Positions 54,663 to 64,000 of a DNA stretch of 64,000 bases are shown one piece after another; position 1 is the stretch's first letter; the number at the start of each line of letters is the position of its first letter. Origin of the DNA: Octopus sinensis (Eukaryota); the NCBI RefSeq assembly GCF_006345805.1, contig NC_042998.1, positions 70,618,001 through 70,682,000 of the forward strand, in the 5' to 3' direction. The notes below the pieces were generated by a model. It was given only the letters and a program-made list of their open reading frames with translations, searched no databases and had not been told where the DNA came from. The position numbers were made by a program, and so were the translations under genes.

Positions 54663-55142
54663 GGAAGCGAGTTTCTTACCACACAGTCACACCTGTGCGT
54701 ATGACTATGTGTGTATGTGTGAGTATGTGTGTGTGTGTGTATTCGAAAGAAAATGCACACCAAAGAATAAATTAATTAGAATATATAAACGCACACATGC
54801 ATATACACAAGCAAATATACATATAAATGTGTTGATAATGGGTAGAAGAAAATATACCAAATAAGCGCATTGTAGGAAGTAAATAATATAGAGTTTCACA
54901 TATGTAATACTGTAAATGAACTTCATTTGACTGAGATTTTCTCCGCTGTTTTTGTCTTCAAATTGTAAAAAATTATCGATTTATGTATATGAATGTGCAT
55001 ACATAAACACACACACCACACACACACACACACTATAAGTAGTATATATATATATATTTATATGTATGTGTCTGTCTGTCTCTCTCTCTTTATATATATA
55101 TATATATAATATACATATGTGTGTATATTTGTATACTTTATG

Positions 55143-55179
<37 letters not shown>

Positions 55180-56149
55180 ATATATATATAATATTGGATA
55201 ATAAATTATAGTCATATATATAAATTTATTTGTATATATATATATTTGTGTGTGTATATGTGTTTGTTTGATTGCATACGTGTGCTCATGCTCACATTGA
55301 TATGTGTATGTGTTTGTCTGTATGTGCATGTGCATATGTATGAAACTGCCAACCTAATATCATATGTACTGCACATTTCTTTTCTTAGTTTTCGATAAAT
55401 ATTTCGCTTGCACCCGATTTTCCGCCTTGCTACGCCAGTAAGGTCGTTCTATCGCTTTATTTTCACGTATTTGCCAACTTGTTCAAAGTCGAACTATATA
55501 GCACGAAGTGAGAAATATCATCGTACCGTTTTATCAGACTACACCTGAGAATTAATTAGATTAGTTAGAACTGCCTTTGTGTTCGTTGACAAATCTTCTC
55601 TCCACGTAAGATCCTTACGATGTTTTGTGAACCGTAGCAAATGCGGTAATGTCTTTATTGAGTAAAAGCGATGAAGCAAACAGGCTTTCTAATTTAGCGT
55701 TAAAGGAAATATCGTAACCGAATGATGGCGGAAATGCTAGGTTCTGGTGTTGGAAACGGTGTTAAGCTTCATACCACCAGAATCAAATGTATATGGGTTA
55801 CAGTATTGCTTACTCTAATATCAAGAATTTTGGGGCGAAACTTCACCTTGTTGGTATAACATTGTAAAAGCTATCACTTGCTAATGTAGGAAAGCAAATT
55901 CTAAAATTTGAATGAAGTGTTATGCTGTAAAATGATGAAGAATAAAACACTTTTTTATTGTTTATAGTAGTACTGAACTGAAGATATAGGTTTAAAAAAT
56001 ATTTTCTGTTCAATAAAGAGTTTTACTACAAACGTCAATATTCTCCGTGCATCTACAGACAAGCGCTAATTCCATAGGACACTCGTTTATATTTGCAGGA
56101 TAATGAAAAGGCTTTATTCTAGACTCATGCATATTGGATATTACTGACT

Positions 56150-56385
56150 TGAGTCCTCGAGCCAGCTACTTGGGTTTCACGGTGTATAAATGACAGGGAT
56201 AACAACACTCTCCCTAAAAAGGACGCCAGTCTGTTGTAAGATTACTTATTTATAGCTCAGTATAATGAAATGAAGAGTTTTGCTCAAGAACCCAACACAC
56301 TTCCCGGTCCAGAAATCAAAACCACAATCTTGCGATTGTGAGTGCAATACTCTAACTACGGGGCCACACCCTTCGAGCATAATTT
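56150..56385 (-). mobile_element. SINE with a C/D-type head
   Basis: TTTTGCTCAAGAACCCAACAC core and tRNA-like head remnant on the reverse strand. Confidence 0.6.
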
Positions 56386-57281
56386 TAAACTAGTCAGTAA
56401 ATATTTTCCTCTATTTTGTATCTGGTGATTCAGCTGCTAACATTTTTCAAAGATGTGGTCACCTGAATGTGAATGTAAGAAGTTAGGCATAAAATACCGC
56501 ATACGTTAAGCTTACGAAAATCCCTACTTAGCTTATAATGCTTGTTAACTGCTGAAAATATTTATGTGAAGAGGTGTACTTGCCAGGCAAATGATTTGAT
56601 CTGAGACTACGTTGAACCTAAACCAATTACAACGCGGAAGACATTAGCTATTCAAGCATACACAAAAGCTGCTAACTTAAAATCTATCATTTGGTGTCAA
56701 AATTCATTCTATCAGCTACGAAATTTTCGTGTACGTTTGGCTATGTATTTTTCACGCTTCAATTGTTTAAGATTTATATTAGATACTCCTATTCTTCCGA
56801 CCGAAGTTCTTGAAAATTTCTGATCTTTATTTTATAAACCCAAGTAGTCTACTCAAACGGCTAATCCACCTTGATTGATAACACTCACACCTTAACTAAA
56901 AATATTGATTTTGCACTTAGTAACATGCTTTGAAACGAGAAATTTTCAAAGGCGTAACTACGTGATTAATCGACTGATTAAAAATATATTTTATATATAA
57001 CCGAGTAATGTACTGTACTACATTTGATCTTTACTCTATGGGAGGTTATAAAGTATAGTGCGATCTGAAGAAAAGCAGACCGATTGATAAGAAGAGGATT
57101 GGATGCCTGGGTATATATGTATATATATATATGTATATACTTTTATAATATGCTATGACACCATTATCTCTTATAATATGCTATATATACATACGTACAC
57201 ACACACATATATACATCCATCCATACATACATACATTTTTACATACATATACAAACACACACACACATACACACATATATG

Positions 57282-57336
<55 letters not shown>

Positions 57337-57469
57337 TACTTGAAGCGCTGCACAAATGTTGTAACAAGAAAAAGAAGCCAGTCAGAATTTTGGGTAATTC
57401 TTTATTACCGCTTTCTTTCGTTTAACGTACTCTTCGAGATAAAACAAGATATATATGGGCGCAGATGAG

Positions 57470-57915
57470 GCCCGACTTTACCTTTCATCCTTTCAGGATC
57501 GATAAATTAAGTACCAGTTACGTACTGAGGTCGATATAATCGACTTAATCCGTTTGTCTCTCCTTGTTTGTCCTCTTTGTGTTTAGCCCCTTGTGGGTAG
57601 TAAAGAACTAGGTATTTCGTCTGCCGTTACATTCTGAGTTCAAATTCCACCGAAATCGACTTTGCCTTTCATCCTTTCGGGGTCGATTAAATAAGTACCA
57701 GTTACGCACTGGGGTCGATATAATCGACTTAATCCGTTTGTCTGTCCTTGTTTGTCCTCTGTGTTGAGCCCCTTGTGGGTAGTAAAAAAATAGGTATTTC
57801 GTCTGTCTTTATGTTCTGAGTTCGATAAATTAAGTACCAGTTGCGTTCTGAGGTCAATCTAATCGACTGGCACCCTCCCCCAAAATTTTGCGCCTTTTAC
57901 CTAGAATAGAAAAGA
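57470..57915 (+). mobile_element. SINE family B, tandem ~175-bp modules
   Basis: CGACTTT.CCTTTCATCCTTTC.GG.TCGAT.AA.TAAGTACCAG...GCCCCTTGTGGGTAGTAAA repeated twice, plus a partial third copy. Confidence 0.85.
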
Positions 57916-57997
57916 ATATTTCATCCTTCATTTTTTTTACTTCCTAGCCTCTCCTACGAACGGCGTTTCCCTGTTATCCTTCTTTCTATACTATAAA

Positions 57998-58392
57998 TCT
58001 TTATATATAAAAGTGAAGTTGTGTGTCTGTCTCCTACGATTTAGATTCCTAACTACTCCCACATTTTGCAGTGCAGTGTAACCAAAAGCGGGTATCTTAT
58101 AGTTGTGATTCATATCAAGCCCTTCTGGGTATTAGCGCGCGTCTACGATGAGTCCACGATTTAAAAAAAAATTTACCATCTTTTTTTCCCATTTTTAATG
58201 CATTTTTTTGCTATTATATAAGGGAAGTAACTTTCTAAAAATGAATTATTAAATTTCAGAACGTAAAAAGCTACAGTAACACCTCCCTTTGTGGTTAGCC
58301 ATATTGAGATGGCTATTATACTTTACATCTCTAAAAATGCTTATATAGTTATTTCCCTTACAAACCCGAGCAACGCCGGGCGATACTGCTAG
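57998..58392 (+). mobile_element. Non-autonomous Helitron (395 bp)
   Basis: A|TC 5' end (TCTTTATATATAAAAG...GTCTGTCT), subterminal hairpin CCCG-AGCAACGC-CGGG (58365-58380), CTAG|T 3' end; no TSD. Confidence 0.85.
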
Positions 58393-59347
58393 TATAATAT
58401 ACTTCTTTAGATACTGAGAAGAATATTTCTTGATTCGAACGTAGTAATTTACGATATGACAATGTAATATAATATCTAAATACTACGCTATGCAACTGTC
58501 GTCTGACATAGTGTATTCGCGATGTTTCCAAAAGACTGTTGAATATAAAAGTAACAACAGAAGTTACGAATTTTTAAGAGACTTTAACGACCGTATAAAA
58601 ATGTATTTCTTCCTGTGTTGAGTGTTTTCCACTCGTGTTAGAACTAGTCAGAGGCAAGGCGATCTTTTATGTGAATGTGACCGATCATATGTTACAGAGT
58701 AATGTTTTAATCACTAACAATAACCTTTGTACGCAATGAAAAAACATAAAAAAAAGATCAAAAGTCGGAAGACTTTGTGGTGCATTTATAAATATGGCTG
58801 TAATTTGATTCACTTCAACATAATAACACCACCACCACCACCAACAACAACAACACTGCAACAAAGAAACGATGTTTTTTATGTATAAAAAATCTACTTT
58901 GTTATTTAAAAACCACGAAAATTATTCAAGAATTTCTTTTATTAAATTTCTGTCATGGCAGAAATTTATTTCAAGATCGGCAGTTGTTAAAATAAAATGC
59001 AGAATTACTTTCAGAAATTAGAGGTGTCTGGACAGAAATGAAAACGAAAGACTTGAAGATATAAACTGAAGAATAACTTTGAATAACAGTTCTAAGGAAA
59101 TTGTTGATTTTAGAGTTATTCCAATCTTTTGACAAAGTCAAACGAGTCTTTTATTTCATCGCTTTCTGATTCCTGATATCATGTAAAGATTGTCTCTAAA
59201 AATTCCTCGTAATTATAGACTGTCTATATCTCCTCTCGTATTTAAACACATCTGTTATATCTACTTATAACTGTTACACCTCTCCCCTTCTATTGAATTC
59301 CTCACCAACTCTCACATATTATACCCACCCTCCATTGCTACCCCCAC

Positions 59348-60274
59348 TGTCTTCTACTCTTTTACTTGTTTCAGTAATTTGACTGCGGCCATGCTGGAGC
59401 ACCGCCTTTAATCGAGCAGATCGATCCCAGGACTTATTCTTTGTAAGCCCAGTACTTATTCTATCGGTCTCTTTTGCCGAACCGCTAAGTGACGGGGACG
59501 TAAACACACCAGCATAGGTTGTCAAGCAATATAAGGGGGACAAACACAAACACACACACACATACATACATACATATATATATATATAATGCAATAAAAT
59601 GGTTTTACCGGTAAATTTCGGTATGTAAATACGACAAATTCATCGTCAGGAACTTTGTAAGGTTCAGTATATAGTAAAGCTTCGGTATGAGGCGAAGCAG
59701 CCTGCTGCTAGCCCTTTTTATTAGCTTTACTATATACTGAACCTTACAAAGTTCCTGACGATGAATTTGTTGTATTTACATACCGAAATTTACCGGTAAA
59801 TAATTGTTGGTTACATGAAAAACCACAGAAAAATTATTTACCATTTTTATTGCATTACCATGTGGATCCCTTATTCCATTACGATTACCCAGAAGGCGCG
59901 CATGGCAGAATTTTGGAGGGAAAATTTACGTTCCCAGTCATTACTTAGTTTTAACATCTGCACACTTACCCCCACTATCTGATGTCGCTGGGTCAGAAGT
60001 GAGGGCCTGTGGCATTTGGTAAATCTATCGAATATAGTGCCGAAGAAGGAAATCAAACTATTTTCTGAGTTTGTGATCCATAAACATGTTCGCTATTAAC
60101 GGTAAGTGATTGTTTGCGTCTATTTGCTACTCCGATTTTGTGTATGTGAGCCGCACGGTCCTTCGTTTTTGGAATCTCCACTTACAGAAAATGGAAAAAA
60201 CAGTCTTTGACTGCCATTTCTAATTCCTTCGGTATGAGGCGAAGCAGCCTGCTGCTAGCCCTTTTTATTAGCTT

Positions 60275-60336
<62 letters not shown>

Positions 60337-60510
60337 CACATATATACGACAGGCTTCTGTCAGTTTCCGTCTACCAAATCCACTCACAAGGCATTGGTCG
60401 GCCCGGGGCTATAGCAGAAGACACTTGCCCAAGATGCCACGCAGTGGGACTGAACCCAGAACCATGTGGCTGGTTAGCAAGCTACTTACCACACAGCCAC
60501 TCCTGCGCCT
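59348..60510 (-). mobile_element. SINE family A split by an insertion in its internal (TA)n tract
   Basis: Tail 59348-59575 and head 60345-60510; foreign sequence 59587-60281 lies between them. Confidence 0.8.
59587..60281 (+). mobile_element. ORF-less fold-back element, probably Penelope pLTR-derived
   Basis: 78-bp inverted arms 59604-59681 and 59723-59800 (1 mismatch); 57-bp direct repeat 59680-59736 and 60225-60281; (TA)n on both sides. Confidence 0.7.
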
Positions 60511-60897
60511 ATGCATAATGTCTACCCATATCAATATCTCCCTTCTCCAGTTACATCTCCCCTCACCTGTTATACCCACCATCACAAGTTATATCAATCC
60601 TCAACTGTTATACTTCACCTCATCCATTGTCTACCATCACATATCATATAGTCTCTAATCTGTTACACCTACCCACAACTCTTGCACCCAAGCTCACCTG
60701 TTATATCTACTCTTATCTGTTATATCAAACAACACCTGTTATGTATCCCCCTTGTATGTTATTTCTAGCAACGTCTATTATATGAATCTTCGTCAGTTAA
60801 ATCTACTTCTACCTGTCATGGCTGCCGTCATACTGTAAATAGGTACCACAAGTAACTTAAAGACATAAGAAAAACTTTATATATATATATATATATA

Positions 60898-61312
60898 TAC
60901 TCTTTACTCTTTACTCTTTTACTTGTTTCAGTCATTTGACTGCGGCCATGCTGGAGCACCGCCTTTAGTCGAGCAAATCGACCCCGGGACTTATTCTTTG
61001 TAAGCCCAGTACTTATTCTATCGGTCTCTTTTGCCGAACCGCTAAGTGACGGGGACGTAAACACACCAGCATCGGTTGTCAAGCAATGCTAGGGGGACAA
61101 ACACACATACACAAACACACACACATACATATATATATATAATATACATATATACGACAGGCTTCTTTCAGTTTCCGTCTACCAAATACACTCATAAGGC
61201 ATTGGTCGGCCCGGGGCTATAGCAGAAGACACTTGCCCAAGATGCCACGCAGTGGGACTGAACCCGGAACCATGTGGTTGGTTAGCAAACTACTTACCAC
61301 ACAGCCACTCCT
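60898..61312 (-). mobile_element. SINE family A, near-consensus full copy
   Basis: Complete tail (TTTACTCTTTTAC repeats), core and head. Confidence 0.9.
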
Positions 61313-61785
61313 GTATATATATATATATATATACATGCACAACACTGAATTTTTCATCAAAGAAGTTTAACATGGGTAAAATGTTGTCTGGTGTGCAAGG
61401 AATTATTCAAGCGGAACCCGGTTCGGTAGGGCATGAGTAGTGGCTGTGACAGCAACAACAAAACATCATTCGTTGCCAAGTGTTGTTTCTCGTCTCTTCT
61501 TGTTCAGCAAAAGTATTGATGCTGCAGTAATAGAGGAGAATGGTGGTATTTTGGACAGTGTTTTTAGACATTTAGAGTGATCTTGCATTTGAAAGGTTGA
61601 TGTGCGAGAAGACATGCTTCGAGTCACCAATGAATTTCCATGTTTTTCTGGTAATATTTCAAGGTCATACCATAAGCTATTGATTCACGGATATTTCTAT
61701 GTAATTCTTGATTCATATATTTTATATATTTATATTTTCTATGATTTATATATTTTCGTCATTTATATATATATATATATTATAT

Positions 61786-61850
<65 letters not shown>

Positions 61851-62338
61851 TGCTGAGTTAGCTTTGTATTTCAGAACCAAACAAATATTGCCTGACATCA
61901 CAATTCAAGAGCTCAAATCCATAAACCCATAGGAAAGAGAACAAAAGAAGCAACAGAAGGAAGTTCTATTGCGATACACCTCAGCAATAAGATCGATGTT
62001 TACAACATTTTCAAAAGATACCTCTACCGGTAACAATAAGCATTCTGCATTATGCTGCTGATGACAACGCAAATCAAATTGAAACAAACAAGACAAAAAG
62101 ACTCCATTGATACAAGCGTGAAGATCTGACACAGTTAGTAAAAAGTATGTAGGAACTGTTTCAATCGTGTTCTGCACTTCGGGTGGAAATGATTTCCAAA
62201 TAAATGTAGTATTACTGGGTACATATATAATGTTTTGTGAAAACTATAACAGTGATAACTCTGTAAACGAAAGCACGTTGATGACCAACATAAGAAAGGG
62301 ACTTTTCACAAAGTTCCTGTTTAATGAAATCCATTAAA

Positions 62339-62570
62339 GGCGGCGAGCTGGCAGAAACGTTAGCACGCCGGGCGAAATGCGTAGCCGTATTTCGTCTGCC
62401 GTTACGTTCTGAGTTCAAATTCCGTCGAGGTCGACTTTGCCTTTCATCCTTTCGGGGTCGATAAATTAAGTACCAGTTACGCACTGGGATCGATGTAATC
62501 GACTTAATCCGTTTGTCTGTCCTTGTTTGTCCCCTCTGTGTTTAGCCCCTTGTGGGTAGTAAAGAAATAT
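62339..62570 (+). mobile_element. SINE family B, near-consensus copy
   Basis: GGCGGCGAGCTGGCAGAAACGTTAGCACGCCGGGCG head through GCCCCTTGTGGGTAGTAAAGAAATA. Confidence 0.9.
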
Positions 62571-63620
62571 AATGAAATCCATTCGTTCAATGGCGAAAAC
62601 ATTGAAATAGAACATGACGTTGTTATTTCCGTAACTCAGGACAAACATTCCGGTTCTACTTCATTTGTAAGTTATATTCTAATCGAGAGAACCGTGACTA
62701 GAACTTATTCATTTATAGTGGCTATAATGGTTGGAAAAATGTGAACCGACTGAAGACAAGAAAATCCTAGAACACCTACCAACTTAAAGATGCATTCAAA
62801 TTTAACAAGAAGAATTGACTGTTTTTGGCAGTAAAATTACAGAATGCAGAATGTTCCAGGAAAGAGTTATAACAGGTATCAAGTATTTAGCTCATCACCA
62901 AGTGGGTGCAATGGGGTTCTAAATCCACCCTCAAAGGCAATTTTAGGTTAGCATTAGATCTACTGTCCCAATGACCCATTTATAAACACTTGAAAATACG
63001 AGGTGGTAAGGGAAGAGGTCGTGCCTGGTGTATGGTAACTTCTAAATGTGATGCGTTATTGGACCAGTATAGAAGATTGACTTGTCAGGCTCAGCGCAGA
63101 AAAATCATTCTGAACCAGCCTTCCTTTTACCTGTCATTGATTAGGTGTGTAGTGCATGATTAAACGGGTAGATGATTACTTAGAACTGAACACAAACTAT
63201 GGGATTATTAGCAAATTTTCTGTAAGTAAAAATGAAGAACTGAAATAATCAGATTTGCTGTTTACTCTGAGAATTTTTAGTCCCATATTGGAAATGGATT
63301 GATTCAGTTCGAAGCGTATATGAAATTTAATACAAATTCAGTTGAATGCCATTTTGAAATTCATATGTTTTAAGAAAATAGTGACAAACACATTTTAGCT
63401 TTTCTCAACACACACACGTATACTGACACACACACATTCACGCGCGTGCACACATGTTCATGTGTTTCCCATCAACTGTGCCAAAACATGATGATATCTA
63501 AATGCAGTAGAGAAAGATCTAATGAGAATCAAGGATGACGTAAACTCAGCAATGAAAGATGGGAAAAATGAACATCAGCGGAAAATTAACTGTCAGGATA
63601 CTGTCGAGGGACTCGCAGCC

Positions 63621-63653
<33 letters not shown>

Positions 63654-64000
63654 AACAGCAAATCACAAATTAAAATTTAAAATACTGTGACGATTATTAA
63701 TATTAACTGTTGTTCCATACTGGACCCGCTTCCGGGGTGCTTGAGGCACGCATCCTTCGTACCTCAACTCCACACCTGTCAGAACAAGTCATAGGCTTAT
63801 TACTGGTTGTATTGACACTGTGTGGAGAGTGCAATATATGTTTTTATAATGCGCCACTACCACCTCAACTAAGATCCAAACCGTCCGTTGTTAACCCGCG
63901 CGACCGGCAATTCGATACGGTTATTCTTTCTCCCTCTTTGCATATTATAGTTTTCTGTGGTTTTATTCGTGTCAAACACTAAGCTAGTATATGTATTTGG

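Noticed and set aside
61858-62150. Exon-like segment (TTTGTATTTCAG acceptor, AA|GTATGT donor)
   Set aside because: All three frames contain stops; a non-coding exon cannot be supported without RNA data.
63715-63920. GC-richer patch with an ETS-like CTTCCGG motif and a 90-aa ORF
   Set aside because: No downstream gene is visible in the window, and a single motif is insufficient to call a promoter.

Overview
AT-rich, microsatellite-dense eukaryotic DNA. It is most likely an octopus/coleoid cephalopod intergenic or large intronic region; this is inferred from the tRNA-derived SINE families and repeat spectrum, and no database search was run. I recognise no intact host gene, rRNA, true tRNA or CRISPR array. 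Most ORFs in the supplied track are translations of simple repeats. The window is a mosaic of mobile elements: (i) at least four subfamilies of RLE-endonuclease non-LTR retrotransposon fragments (R4/Dong-like), three bordered by (TAA)n and one by (ATAC)n; (ii) a decayed Penelope-like element (RT + GIY-YIG + pLTR) and pLTR-derived solo pieces sitting in (TA)n; (iii) RTE- and CR1/L2-like remnants; (iv) mariner and Tc1 remnants, a 330-bp MITE and a non-autonomous Helitron; (v) many tRNA-headed SINEs. The most unusual observations are four. First, a tRNA-headed SINE with an internal (TAA)n tract that was hit independently by Dong-like elements and a tail with a hammerhead-like CUGAUGA/GAAA core. 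Second, a ~690-bp ORF-less Penelope-like unit with a 78-bp fold-back, 57-bp direct repeats, a hammerhead-like core and an apparently retained 86-nt intron. Third, a 1.73-kb RT-less, ORF1-only insertion that splits a SINE with a 5-bp duplication. Fourth, a 96-nt hairpin in unique sequence. All functional interpretations are inferences and need the checks listed.
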